DNA of 64,000 nucleotides, taken from the NCBI GenBank assembly GCA_951406725.2, contig OX597820.1, positions 94,798,001 to 94,862,000 of the forward strand. Reading direction: 5' to 3'. Position 1 is the stretch's first letter. Every line of letters starts with the position of its first letter. Position numbers and translations under genes: made by a program. The notes under the pieces were generated by a model, which had not been told where the DNA came from, ran no database searches, and saw only the letters and a list, made by a program, of their open reading frames with translations. Positions 13,046-25,650 of this stretch are shown here, in pieces. Source of the DNA: Octopus vulgaris. Lineage: Eukaryota.

Positions 13046-13190
13046 ATAATAATAATAATAATAATCCTTTCTACTAAAGACACAAGGCCTGAAATTTTGT
13101 GGGAGGGGACTAATTGATTACATCGACCCCAGTGTTTTACTGGTGCTTAATTTATCGACCCCGAAAGGATGAAAGGCAAAGTCGACCCGG

Positions 13191-13229
<39 letters not shown>

Positions 13230-13233
<4 letters not shown>

Positions 13234-13671
13234 AACTGAGCAAATATAAAGATCTTGAAACAAAAACTGAGCAAATATAACGATCTTGAAATAGAAATGA
13301 GCAAAATGTGGAACCTGAAGACTAAAACAATACCCATTGTCATAGGTGCCCTGGGAATGATAGCTAAAGGGGCTAATTGCTACCTAGCTCAGATACCAGG
13401 AAACCCCCAAAATGGCAGAAATTCAAAAGATAGTGCGCATGGGAACTGCTCAAATCCTACGCAAAATACTTTCTATGTAATCTCAAGTTTTAAAACAAAC
13501 ATAATTTTCTTATGCTTTCTTAAACATTCTCTAGAACAACACTATGTACAAAACCAAATATATGGCACCCTAGGCATAACACCAACATGAACTTCCAACT
13601 TGTTGTCTCTTGAGGTCTCTGGGTGAGACTTGGAGCCAACTTGTATAATGTAAAGCAAAAGTCAAACATAA
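13230..13671 (+). mobile_element. Second R4/Dong-type 3' fragment
   Basis: KLSKYNDLEIEMSKMWNLKTKTIPIVIGALGMIAKG. Flanked by (AAT)n. 31-bp tandem duplication at its 5' junction (13230-13260 / 13261-13291). Confidence 0.8.
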
Positions 13672-14144
13672 AATAATAATAATAATGATGATGATGATGA
13701 TGATGATGGCCCTGGCAACAGTAACACAGCAGCAGTTGCAGCAATGGTAGTAACAACAGCAATAATAACGATAGTAATTTTTTTTATTTGCCACAGGGGT
13801 GAAAGATGAGGTGGGGGAGAACATTACAAGGACGAACTGCCAAAGAAAAGAAAAAAGGGTGATGGTTTAGATAGAGTCAAGTATGAGAACGACTATAACA
13901 AAAAATGAAGAAATGAAGCATCCCAGTAAAAGGATATCCACCTGGTATCAAACAGGAAGCCCACGGATCACAGATATTTTATAATGATGAAGCAAGTGCC
14001 CTCTCCCAGATATATTCTCACAATAAAAATATTTATTAGTTGTAATGTTGTCTTCTTCAGAAAAAGAACAAGAGTCAATTCTCATATTCCCTATAATACT
14101 TGAACTTTGTGTTGATTTATGAAAGCAATAATGTATAAATATAT

Positions 14145-14374
14145 ATTTCTTTACTACCCACAAGGGGCTAAACATAGAGGGGACAAACAAGGACAGACAA
14201 AGGGATTAAGTCGATTATATCGACCCTAGTGTGTAACTGGTACTTAATTTATCGACCCCGAAAGGATGAAAGGCAAAGTCGACCTCGGCGGAATTTGAAC
14301 TCAGAACGTAACGACAGACGAAATACCGCTAAGCATTTCGCCCGGCGCGCTAACGTTTCAGCCAGCTCGCCGCC
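14145..14374 (-). mobile_element. tRNA-derived SINE family A, full length
   Basis: Reverse complement of ggcggcgagctgg...gttcaaattccgccgaggtcgactttgcctttcatcctttcggggtcgataaattaagtaccag...gtaaagaaata. Confidence 0.9.
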
Positions 14375-14525
14375 TATAATGTATAAATATAGTGTGATAA
14401 TACTGAAAGCCTAAAAGCATGTTTTTCTTGTTTTCGATGTTTATTTTCTCTCTTTATCGGTTCATAATAGCTGCTGTATTGTTGCCTCCCTTCTAACAAT
14501 ACGCCACATTTACGAATAAACTATG

Positions 14526-14531
14526 TTTATT
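14526..14531 (-). promoter_or_regulatory. Candidate polyadenylation signal of the HHIP-like gene
   Basis: tttatt on plus (AATAAA on minus), ~50 nt past the stop at 14580. Confidence 0.45.
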
Positions 14532-14579
14532 AAATTCAAGATGTTTATCTGTATACAAAATTTAACCGATATACCATGT

Positions 14580-14673
14580 TTATCCAAATACCAAGTGTTC
14601 TTTGACAACCAAGATAATAAGCAACATGAATGTTGTAAAAACGGTACTAGTTCGTTGGTGTGAACTTCCATCT
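14580..14673 (-). CDS. HHIPL: HHIP-like protein, coding exon 8 (terminal; hydrophobic tail)
   Basis: Strong acceptor ttttctttctttggcag|A. Phase 2 completes AG+A. Reads DGSSHQRTSTVFTTFMLLIILVVKEHLVFG-TAA. Confidence 0.7.
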
Positions 14674-14861
14674 CTGCCAAAGAAAGAAAATATTTTTATT
14701 AAAATAAACTATAGCATAGAGGGGCGTCAATTAAATAAATACCAGTGATATACTAGGGTTTAATAACGATAGTAATACAAGTAACTTACTGAGGTCAAAT
14801 TTAGTGATATTACTTGATATACTAAAGTAAAATATAGTAATCATAATACTTGTAATATATT

Positions 14862-15060
14862 GGTTTCAAGTTTTGGCACAAGGCCAGCAATTTTTGGGCA
14901 GGGGTTAGTCAATTACATCGACCCCAGTGCTCAACTGGTACTTCTTTTATCGACCCCGAAAAGAGGAAAAGCAAAGTCGGCCTCGGAGGAATGTGAATGC
15001 AGGACGCAAAGATGAACGAAATGCCACCAAGCCTGTTTCCCGGCGTGCTAACGATTCTAC
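14862..15060 (-). mobile_element. SINE family A (older tail variant)
   Basis: tttcaagttttggcacaaggccagcaa...atcgaccccgaaaagaggaaaagcaaagtcg...cccggcgtgctaacgattct. Confidence 0.8.
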
Positions 15061-15423
15061 ATGTTTGCTGCTTTATAACACTTACAGTATAATGGAATAA
15101 AATCTACCAATTTGCATTGGTAGTAGGGAGGTAGTGATTCAGGAGGAGATTTGGGCACCTGGGTCCTCTTTCCAGCCTTACAAAGTGGGATAGTTGGTGG
15201 CAGTAGCTGAAAGCAGGGATTGACGATATCGACTAACACTCTCCCCGCAAAATTATCGAGCTTTTACCTAAATTAGAAAGTATGATGAGTAATTTTATAA
15301 GGCAATGAGCTGGCAGAATTGTTAGAGCGTCGGGAAAATGTCTTGCGATATTTCTTCCGGTTATTTACGTTCTGAGTTCAAAACCCATCAAGATCAAGTT
15401 TGCCTTTCATCCCTCCGAGGCCG

Positions 15424-15472
<49 letters not shown>

Positions 15473-16321
15473 CCTTTCTACTATAGAAGGCCTGAAATTT
15501 TGTGGGTGGGGGAGCTCTGTCGATTATATCAGTCCCAGCGTCCGACTGGTGCCTACTTCATCGACCCCGAAAAGATGAAAGACAAATTACAGGTCGGTAA
15601 TATTGACTAACCCCTTTAGCTAGTGGCCTTGTGTCTCAGGAATTATTATTTGTAATTACATAGCCAACTTTATCTTATATTTCAAAAAGTAATTAGAACT
15701 AAAACTAAATCTTAATTAAAATCGATATTTTGAACATTTATCCATTAAATTTTCGCAATCAGCGAGTGATCTATTATATTTACTAATTGCAGGATGCGTG
15801 AGAATGAGAGTGTTGGCGTTTATGGCTTTCCCAACAATTGAAGTTCGGTTGAAAACTCGATTTGCTGGGTGTTAACAACCAACTATACTTTATTACTTGC
15901 AAGGTCTCACAGTATCTCTTTCGACTCTCTTGCTCAAATCCCGCCGAGGTCAGCTTCGCCTTCCATCCTTTCAGAATCGATAAAAACTAATCCAAGCCGG
16001 TGGATTGGCAGAACTGTAACAACCAGGACAGGATGCTATGCAATATTTGTCATAGTACTTTGAGTTCTGAGTTCAATTCAAGCTATGGTCTGCTTGGTAG
16101 TAGACTTAATCCATCACTCATTTTAACACCACTACCTCGTACCCTGGGTGTCTTTATCAGAGTTTGTTCGTTGCAAGCACTCTGGTCAAGTCTCCTGTTT
16201 AAGGATGCATTCTTCAAATCCACCAGTTTTGGTGGCCCAATAAAGCATCAAGGACAATACCTTTCCTCCTATCGAAAAGATAAAAACAAAATGGGAAAAC
16301 AGAAACCAACAAATGTCATAC

Positions 16322-16403
16322 CTGCTCTTGCTTCGAATACTGTAGACGTGTCCGGAACTTTGATAGCCAAATAGATCAGAAGTAGTCAACATATACAGCT
16401 CCC
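16322..16403 (-). CDS. HHIPL: HHIP-like protein, coding exon 7
   Basis: ctctttcctag|GG GAG CTG ... AGC AG|gtatga. Reads GELYMLTTSDLFGYQSSGHVYSIRSKS, matching HHIPL GELY...G.VYKI. Confidence 0.92.
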
Positions 16404-17279
16404 CTAGGAAAGAGAGAGAGGGGAAATAATAGTAACAAGTTATTGTTTTTGTTGTTGTGTGGCTAACTTTTGCCCTACTTGAGGAGACTTATTATCAAAA
16501 TATTTCTAGGCATGACAACCCCGTTTAGTGTTCAGGAATAGAGTGTCAGAAATGACACCAGTACGAAGTGAACTTTTTAGCTATACAGCCATACCTGCAC
16601 CCATTTAATATGGCGTTTAGTGGGGTTAGCAGTAAAGGTGAAGCAAAGAGGAAAAGCAGGGAACAAATGGAGCAGATGCCTTAATACAAGGAAGAAGGGG
16701 AGCATATCTGATATTTTTTCATGCCTCCGAGACTAATGAAAAAAAATGGAGGACATTATCATTAGACCGAAGACCTGGACACTGCTAACATTTCCTATGG
16801 GTCACATGACGATGTTAAACTAGGAGATAGATTAAGTCTATTCCTCAAGAAGAGGAACGGCATCCCCGAGGCACTTCTACAAATCTCCCAGTTGCCAAAT
16901 CTCAATGAAATGGCATTAGAAGATCCAAAGCTATGGTTGATTCACAATTTCACGATGCCGCGCAGCTGAATAGAACCCGAAACCATATAGTAATGAAGCG
17001 AACTTCTTAACCTCATGACCATGCCTGTGCCTATGAAAGAATGCTTACCATTAAGTCTAGTACTCTTTTAGCGGATGCTGTCTGTAATATTTGAGTATTG
17101 CTGCTTCGTTGTCCATAATACGTGGGCAGTGCTTCTGTCCACAATCAACTTCGGAAGTCAGCCTGAAAGTATTACTCTTCGTTTACACCCAATAATATGT
17201 TTGACAACGAAGAATATCGTTGAGAAAATTCGTTTCTATATAGGATATCAAAAGGAAAAAATTATCTATGATGTATTAC

Positions 17280-17422
17280 CTTCAATGTCCTCTCCAAACG
17301 ACAATATGTACTGATTTTTCTGTGCTTCACTGTTGTTAGATTCGCATTTGATGCTTTCACAATAGGTAAGTTTGCTTTCTGACCAGTGGCCTGTGGGCAT
17401 TTCATTCAAGAGGAACAGATCT
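17280..17422 (-). CDS. HHIPL: HHIP-like protein, coding exon 6
   Basis: ttttacag|A GAT ... GAA G|gtaata. Reads DLFLLNEMPTGHWSESKLTYCESIKCESNNSEAQKNQYILSFGEDIE (SFGED motif). Confidence 0.93.
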
Positions 17423-18214
17423 CTGTAAAATCAAAACAATTATACACATATATACCCATTTTCTGAACTTCTCCCACCATCAACACTACCTAGACTACTT
17501 CCCTTGCTGCATAGAGGTCGTCTATATTGCTTCATTAATTCTTGAAGTAATCATCCTAGGTGATTTCACTGCTCACAAACTCCCATAGACTCTCACACGC
17601 ATTCCATATTAATGCAGTCAGTGGAGAAACCGAATATTTCTCAATTCTCAACCACCTACATCATCCTTAACACCCATCACTGCCGAGACATAGGATACTC
17701 CAAACACTACCGATATCTTTCTCACGGATGTTTTTCGATCCAACCTCTACCAGAATAAAACCGTCTTTACAGCTATCGCACCGTCCGACTACAGCCGTTT
17801 CGCAATTACTCCAAAGTCCTGGATCAAGTACGGATTATTATTGTTCTCTAACCCCAGAAACTTATCGGAGTTGATTAAGACCACGCAGTACTAACATGGA
17901 TGTCCATGAATATTTTTACTCAAGTTTGCTTGCAACAAGGTATTTGTTGCACAACCTCTTATGCTGGAAGATTTCAACAGTCACCCTTAAAAGGTCTGAG
18001 TAAAGACTGGCTTGCTAAACGAAAAACGAACATTGCTGATCATTGCACTCAACACTTTCCTAACTTCAAAACATCATGTTCATATTTCATTGCTAAGTTA
18101 CTCTAAATTTCAATCTGATAGTTGACAAATTTGTATTTGAATAATTACGAGACTTACTTAACCAGTGAAAAGGATATTCTGAATTTTTTAAAACTTTTTA
18201 CTGGTAAAAACTGA

Positions 18215-19245
18215 AGGGATTTAACGTATTATAAAGGGATTTAAGGTATTACATATAATTTAATTTGAAAATTAATTTTGTTAGACTATACATTATTTAA
18301 TAATTAGGTGGTATTTTTATCACGTAGTATTACATTTAAGTAATTTATTTTGGTCAACTATATTATTGAGTGAAATATTAAATCTATAGATACTACATAT
18401 ATATTAATAATATAGTTAGTTTATATAATGTGTTTGTGTATATTTGAACCATTTCCTATTTTTGATTCCAGTATCTATGACTTGTACTAGCATTGTGTAT
18501 ATTAATTAAGACGCTAAGACCTATTTTTATACATTTAAATCCAATTATATTAATTTAATCGATAAGCTTAGTAACGTTGTTTGTTTATCAATATTATTTG
18601 GATTTTGTATTATATTTAGTTTGATTGTTGTTATTATTATTATTGTTATTGACTGGATTTGTAGTGGAATGTCGGTTGTAGTTGAATGTCTTCATAGTGT
18701 AATGTTCATTTGTTCTACTTTTTTTCGTACGTTTCTTTAATTCATGGGGCTTAGATATTTGTCGTATTTTTTATTAGTAAATAGTTTTCGCCATTTTCAT
18801 AGATAACTTATTCTATTTGTATACACTAAGTCTTCACGCGTTTAATTTTTATAAACACTAAGACCTATATATTTTTCACGTTTAAAATTCAGATATATTA
18901 TTTTCATCAACAAGCTAAGTAACGCTTTTTGCTTATAAATATTATTTGGCTTTTGAATTATATTGGGTTTGATTATTATTGTTATTATTATTGTTGTTTG
19001 AATATTATTATTTTTATATATATTGATTGTTATAAGTTATGATAGTTATTAATTATGATATCTATTTATTTAGAATGCTTTATTATTATTTTTATAAAGG
19101 GATTTAACGTATTACATATAATTTAATTTGAGAATTAATTTTGTTAGACAATACAGTATTTAATAATTAGGTGGTATATTGATCAAGTAGTATTACATTT
19201 AAGTAAATTAGTTTTTATATTAATTGATATTTTGGTCAACTATAT
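18215..19245. repeat. Very AT-rich intronic block with two internal duplications
   Basis: ~18230-18365 recurs at ~19093-19245, and ~18513-18650 recurs at ~18857-18995. Confidence 0.7.
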
Positions 19246-19436
19246 TGAGTCTACCAAATTCACTCACAAGGTTCGGGGCTATAGTAAAAGACACTTGCCC
19301 AAAGGTGTTACGCAGTGAAGTTAAACCCAAGGCCATGTGGTTGGGAAGCAAACATCTTACTACACAGCTATGCCTTCTTATTGAAGTAAAAACATTTTAA
19401 AATTCATAAAAACAAAAAAAAGGAAAAAATACCTAC

Positions 19437-19569
19437 ATATTGAGAAAGTCGCCAAAAATATATTTTCCATTTAAGTGCGGTATTTTGCGCCCTCTGTATA
19501 CATAGCCGCCAATAATAACTTTACGATTATAACTATGTTTGTAGGTAGCTATCGGGAAGATTTCATTTC
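19437..19569 (-). CDS. HHIPL: HHIP-like protein, coding exon 5
   Basis: ccattccacag|GA AAT ... AAT AT|gtaggt. Reads NEIFPIATYKHSYNRKVIIGGYVYRGRKIPHLNGKYIFGDFLN (GGYVYRG...YIFGDF). Confidence 0.95.
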
Positions 19570-19818
19570 CTGTGGAATGGAAGAAGGGAAAGAAAGAAAC
19601 CAGAATTTAGTACAGTATTATCCATACAATTTCAAAGCAAGGTGATTAAATTATACTAATGTGTCCATCTGTTCTAATTTAATTAAATTCTATGTCTTTG
19701 TGCGGCCGAAGATTGCTCTGCATTTTAAATTGATGTAATGATTGCATTGTTCAGTTAAATGGAGTTGCATGAAACGATCGTACTGGATTACCACTGAATA
19801 TCCTTGGTGCTTATTTTG

Positions 19819-19851
<33 letters not shown>

Positions 19852-20095
19852 TGTATGTATGTATGTATGTATGTATGTATGTATAATTACGGTGACTAAC
19901 AGCAGTTTAAAAACAACAAGGAAATAATACTCACTCCACCTAGCATACTAATCTAATGCATCTCGCTAACGGGGGAGAGGGTTTTCTCCCCTGTCAATAC
20001 AAAGAGACCCTGTGCTTTTTTGTGGCTGAGTCGTAGACTACTATTTCTAGCAATGCTGGTGCTTACTGCACCCTTCTCACTCTTAGTGATAGTGA

Positions 20096-20143
<48 letters not shown>

Positions 20144-20329
20144 CACGAATGGGCTCTCAATTATAGACTAGAACAAAGATTGCTAGAATTTCTTTCAACA
20201 ACATTTTTAAGGCAATTCAAAACACTCGCAGCTGAAGTTTAGGCTTAAGGCACTGAACAGCCAAACATCCTTCAGAACATAACCTAATTTAATATTTCTG
20301 TAAGATAAGATGCCAATGATAGAACTTCG

Positions 20330-21600
20330 TTGTCAGCGACTCGGTTCCTCGCTATATCTCGAATGACACAAATGGAAACATGTAATGTACCAAAAAATTA
20401 CGGTATTTCCATATTTTGTTCTTCTATTCAGCTACGAACACAGTGAACCCTGCTCCTAGCTGTATGGCTGCATATAGAATATGTAATGCAGCGAGAAAAA
20501 AAATCGCTAACAATGGCGTTTCATGTGAAAACTCCGTTTTAAAGGCGAATAGTGAATCTATCGGACTTCTTCCTGTTGTCTCCGAACGATCCGACTAATT
20601 CTAGTATTAAAGAGATATTTTCTCTGGTTAGGGCTCATTTTATGAGCCCTAACCAGAGATCTACATTCAGTCGACATGGCAATCTATGAACACCCTATCC
20701 TCGTTACTAAGTGCCTTACCGTATCGACTCCTCATTCGCCCACGTACATCATCTTTGACTCTGAGAGCAGTGGCGATGTGAAGTTTATTCGGCTTAAGTA
20801 GATCGTTCGTGTTCGCCACAAGCGCATCAAACCAATCCCCAGAAAATTTATCACTCGCAAAAAGTGACACTTTAAATATTGATCAGATTCATCAAAAAGA
20901 TAATCAAAAGTATGTTGCGACTATTGTTGATTTGCCCATCACCGGAACAAACATTCCAAGTCACCTCAACAGTTGTAGTAAAGCTTTACATTGATCAACC
21001 TTTCGAGTTTCTTCTAAATTAAGTTGTCAAAAAGCGGTAGGAACTCTGAGAATCTGAACGAGGGCTTAAGTCTAATAATTACACCAATTTAAGGATCGAC
21101 AAATAATCGTTAATAATAATAATAATATATCTCGATTAGGATTAATCGTATCGATATTTTTAAGTAATTGTTTCTAGGTCAAGTTTGAGGATTACAATGG
21201 TGACTTCAGAATATCCACATGTTGTGACGACTGCGTCACGCGCTGTTTAGTACCAAGCTAAGCTGGACGGGCGCAAATTTCGAATAGAGTTGACAGGAGA
21301 GCGATGACAAGTACACTTTCGAGTGGAATCCACTCTGTTGCAGATCAGTGCTTTGAGGATAGCTTTCTCCTACCAAGCAATACGCATGACCGTATAAAGG
21401 ACCATATAAAGGGAATCGTCTTCCCTTCTGACTAAAAGATAAAAAAGCAGACAACCAGACAAGGAGATACCTTCTTTAAAATGTTGTGTGCGAAGCCAAA
21501 CGATTGCAAGATCAGACGTCACAGGAAAGGATATCATCGCTTAATTTGGGGGTAAAAATAGGTCTTAAAAAAGCCAGTTGTTCAGACAATTCTAAACAGT
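20330..21600 (-). mobile_element. Decayed CRE-type non-LTR retrotransposon in an intron
   Basis: Minus-frame remnants FAPVQL, IVILKLDL, FSGDWFDALV...LHIATALRV and DNRKKSDRFT resemble the CRE RT, SGxWLxALP and RPDG endonuclease motifs. Confidence 0.6.
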
Positions 21601-21708
21601 CATCCGAAAGGTCTTGCAAACGTTTGCTTTGTAAGTATGTATTTTCTCTTCTGTTCTTAATTATTTGAAATCTTCATCTAAGGAAGGAGCTGGTTTCTAA
21701 CAAAGATA

Positions 21709-22274
21709 TGTAACGAAATGTAAATATCTTCTCTGCACTGTTTGGGTGCAAGAAGCAATCACTTTCCGTTGCTTTTTAATAATCCAGATTCTACCAGTCA
21801 AAGAAACACAAAACGCAGACGTAAAAAATAGATATACTTTATTGTCTTATACCGGTGAGAAATAAGTGGTATATCTGATATCCTTGGTTCTGGGCGCGCA
21901 AGGCTGAAAGTTAATCGCTTGTAAGATTTTACAATGTTCAGCCGCTAAAAACAAAACGGGTTAAAGATGGCCGCGGAAAAATGAAGACGATGTTGTCTGC
22001 AACAATTTGGTTAAAGTCTTCAGCCGACTGCTATCAAATACGGACAGAGAGAAAATATACGTCTGCTTGTATCAAAGGCCTTCTGCTGTCTATCCTGTCT
22101 CTGCTGGACGCTAATAGTCAAGGTTTTTGCGTTCCCTTGCCTCTTTTCTAAGGGTCGCTTTTCCTAGCCAATCAGCTAATTCCACGATAGCAATATTCCC
22201 TCTTCTGGTGATGAAAACACGCGCGAATCAGAAAAGGGCGTTGTGCGCGCGCGCTGTTGTATAGCGTCACTACA
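21709..22274. mobile_element. Solo LTR (566 bp) with 4-bp target-site duplication
   Basis: Begins TGTAAC, ends ACTACA. Flanked by GATA (21705-21708) and GATA (22275-22278). More GC-rich than its flanks. Confidence 0.75.
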
Positions 22275-22794
22275 GATACAAAGCTCATCTTTGGAACGTA
22301 TGTAACAAAAGCTTATTTACATTTTGAACTTTAGATAAGTCTTGCATATTTTTACTGTTCTGTTTACAGATTGTATTTGTAACGTGCGAGTTGGCTGGTT
22401 GATTTCTTTTATAAAAAAAAACCATAGCATTTCCACATTGTCCCGTAGGGTCAAGGGTGAGATGTCCGAGAAGGTGCTATATATACACGTGACTAGATAG
22501 GCAGGTAAAACTAATTATAAAAGCATGGTACATGTTTCCAACCCATACTTGCTCAAGAGTAACGGCTGACTGTACTGTATAGTACTTTACGTTTAGTACA
22601 AAAAATAATAAAACAAACGAAATCTATATGAATAGGTAACACCACAATGTAATCTATAAACTTTCAGTTTATCGAATGCGAGTCACGGTTTCGATTCCTT
22701 GCTGAAATCTTTGCGAATGGGCAGCAGAGTCTCAGGCATTCCCTTTATGTATTTCAAACTCCAAAACCAAGTAAGAATGTATTAATATACTCAC

Positions 22795-22944
22795 TAATTG
22801 TTTCTGAGTTACAGACACGATTTCGTCGACACCGATGTCCCTCTCGTAAATTCCATCCATAATTTCCTTCTTTATATATAATGTTGATTTCTTCAAACAT
22901 TTGATCACCGACATCTCCACAAAAGATACGACCACGGCCAGTTC
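22795..22944 (-). CDS. HHIPL: HHIP-like protein, coding exon 4
   Basis: tgtttcag|GA ACT ... ATT A|gtgagt. Reads [49 protein letters not shown] (GRGRxFCGDVG, GNYGW). Confidence 0.96.
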
Positions 22945-23194
22945 CTGAAACAGTAGTAATTAATGCTTTTAATATTGCATAAAAAATTAAAAAAATAAAA
23001 AATCCCCGCTTGTAATTTTTCTCCAACCATACTATTGACATTTCACAACGACACCCCGTCTACATTTTAGCACCACCAGACCATTGTCCTTATTATTTTA
23101 CTAATGAACATCATCTATATTTTGCTGTCCACTATAATCACTGACACTACTCAACACTTCTTTTCTATTGCCCTCAATTCACTATGCCATTAAC

Positions 23195-23400
23195 AATGGT
23201 TTCAAATTTTGACACAAGTTCAGCAATTTCGTGGGTAGGGATAAGTCAGTTACACTAACCCCAGTACTCAACTGGTACTTATTTTATCGACTCCGAAAGG
23301 ATAAAAGGCAAAGTTGACTCCGGTGGAATTCGAACTCAGAACGCAAAGGTGGACGAAATGCCGCTAAGCATTTCGCCTGGCGTGCTACGGATTCTACCAG
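23195..23400 (-). mobile_element. SINE family A (older tail variant), followed by a CORE-type SINE fragment at ~23455-23630 (+)
   Basis: ccccagtactcaactggtactt...gaaaggataaaaggcaaagttgac...gcgtgctacggattct; then gtgaccttgagcaaaacacttcatttcacg. Confidence 0.75.
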
Positions 23401-23984
23401 CCTGGTTGTTGACAGATTTTGCTAATCTATACGCTGTTCTATCTGGATTGGGCGGGCGTTGTGACCTTGAGCAAAACACTTCATTTCACGTTACTCCAAT
23501 CCACTCAGCTGGCAAAAATGAGTAATCGTGCAACGGGCCGGCGTCCCGTCCACGGGTTAAATATATATACACACAACGGAAACCAGGAAACCGGTCCTTA
23601 TGAGTCCATAGGGCTCGCAATGGATGCCTTACTATAAATATGACCATGAGAAGATTTGAGTCCTAAAAGCAATGATTAGGTTTAATTTTACGAGGTTACT
23701 TGACAGAGGGACCTTCTGTAAAAAAGCGTAGGGTGTGTCAAATCGATTATCTGTTAGAGCATTATATTTGGTATGTCTCAGTAATTGATATAATCTGTGA
23801 GAGCGTTATATTTAATTTGTCAGTAATTTATAAAAAAAAACGGTAAAAATTCAATTCAGCGTGATTTCAACTCGGAATTATCAGTCAAGAGTATTTAACA
23901 TACAGCTTCATTTACTGTTTATATATAATTTTTAGTTTTCAATTTACCAAAGCTTCTTATCACCAACAAATAGTCAATGCTTAC

Positions 23985-24163
23985 CGGTCAGTGGATCACC
24001 TTGGTCGACGCTACACCTCCAAGAATTTTTAATGCCCAAAGCATAAATCTCTGGTGTGGCATCACTTGTGTTGATGAAAGGGTTATCTGTGGGTATGCTG
24101 TATAACCGATCAGCTGATGGGACGTCCACATTTATTCGAAGTATTTTCCCAACAAATGTGCTC
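23985..24163 (-). CDS. HHIPL: HHIP-like protein, coding exon 3
   Basis: ctctttttgtaag|G AGC ... ACC G|gtaagc. Reads STFVGKILRINVDVPSADRLYSIPTDNPFINTSDATPEIYALGIKNSWRCSVDQGDPLT (GKILRI, YxIPxDNPF, PEIYAxG, WRCSVD). Confidence 0.97.
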
Positions 24164-24719
24164 CTTACAAAAAGAGAAACAAAAAGGGAAAAGAAAGAAA
24201 AATCACTTTATTGTTGTTGCATAGTAAATTGTTGTACTACGCTGTTTCGCTCCCCACCCCTGCTAGTTATGTTAGATACCTTAGTCACTAGAGGAAGGAC
24301 TGCGCCAATGACCTTTTAAGGAGTTCTAAGATTAGTGGAAGAAAGGGAAGAAATTAACTTCAGACTCGACACGTGTCTCGAATTCTTGGAACAGAATGAA
24401 CTCTGTTAAAAGTAAGCAATACCCAATGCCACTGATTACGTTTACCATCCAAGAAGAGAAACAGCCGTTTCAACGACTTTCTTTATAGCTTCTGCAACTA
24501 AATGTCACTCACATGGCTTTGATCGATTCGAAGCTAAGATAGAAGACGCTTTCCCAAGGTGCTGCAAAATGGGAGCGAACCCCAAATCACGTATTTTCAA
24601 AGTGAACTTGCAAACACAGCCATGCCTACTCCCATGTTATCGTTGAATCTGTGTTCGTATTATTTATAACTCTTAAAGAGAAGAAAATGAAAACTGATTG
24701 CTGTAGACACAAGACTTAC

Positions 24720-24799
24720 ATGTTTTGAGCTAAATGTGTCCAATGACCAAATCCTGATCCTACAGATACATAAAGTAGACCATCTGTACCGAATAAAAT
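24720..24799 (-). CDS. HHIPL: HHIP-like protein, coding exon 2
   Basis: ttctattccag|ATT ... AAC AT|gtaagt. Reads ILFGTDGLLYVSVGSGFGHWTHLAQN (LFGxDGxLY...AQN). Confidence 0.95.
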
Positions 24800-25264
24800 C
24801 TGGAATAGAAACAATAAACAGCTTAGAAATTTAACATGTTTATAGGCATTATGTAGAATAAATGTATAGATTATGCAGTGATCAAGTATTGGAAATTTAG
24901 TTTATACATTAAATCTGAATAATGGCGGGCATATAAAGTTTGAAAATTACTTCACAAATTAATGTTGCTACGTATTAAGATTACAGTAATGTAAGTTAGT
25001 GCTGAAAGATTTGAAGTTCCGAATGGGGGAGGAAGGTGCGAGTGAATTAGAATAAAATGGTTTTATATTGCATTAAAGAGCAGGCACATGCAACTAATAC
25101 CTTCCTTTGGAAAAGAATCAAAATAAATATAACTCTCGTATCCCTGTACAGCAAGCTAAATTCAATGAATGTTTTCAAGATATCAGTTTCTGCATCAAAT
25201 AGCTAGCTAATAGGACCGTATGGCGAACAATCTTCAGTTTCCGCATCTGCCTTACGTGACAATA

Positions 25265-25650
25265 GTGGAGTCGCAATGGCCCAGTGGTTAGGGCAGCGGA
25301 CTCGCGGTCATAGGATCGCGGTTTCGATTCCCATACCGGGCGTTGTGAGTGTTTATTGAGCGAAAACACCTAAAAGCTCCACGAGGCTCCGGCAGGGGAT
25401 GGTGGTGATCTCTGCTGTACTCTTTCACCACAACTTTCTCTCACTCTTACTTCCTGTTTCTCTTGTACCTGTATTTCAAAGGGCCGGCCTTGTCACTCTC
25501 TGTGTCACGCTGAATATCCCCGAGAACTACGTTAAGGGTACACGTGTCTGTGGAGTGCTCAGCCACTTACACGTTAATTTCACGAGCAGGCTGTTCCATT
25601 GATTCGGATCAACCGGAACCCTCGTCGTCGTAACCGACGGAGTGCTTCCA
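25265..25650 (+). mobile_element. tRNA-derived SINE family C, full length with 13-bp TSD
   Basis: Head tggcccagtggttagggcagcggactcgcgg...ggtttcgattccc. TSD ttacgtgacaata at 25252-25264 and 25651-25663. Near-identical to 44911-45295. Confidence 0.92.

Noticed and set aside
15783-15864. Phase-compatible alternative last exon for HHIPL (SKSSFQPNFNCWESHKRQHSHSHASCN*)
   Set aside because: Weak polypyrimidine tract and no recognisable homology. The 14580-14673 exon has a much better acceptor and a polyA signal. It cannot be excluded without RNA-seq.
16186-16321. Read-through of exon 7 giving a hydrophobic tail (ORF 16186-16392)
   Set aside because: A good donor (AG|gtatga) is present, and T-rich intron sequence explains the hydrophobic translation.
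25265-25340. tRNA-like sequence (also at 44911 and ~53600-53676)
   Set aside because: These are SINE heads: they continue into ~300 bp of repeat body, one has a TSD, and no proper acceptor stem is evident.
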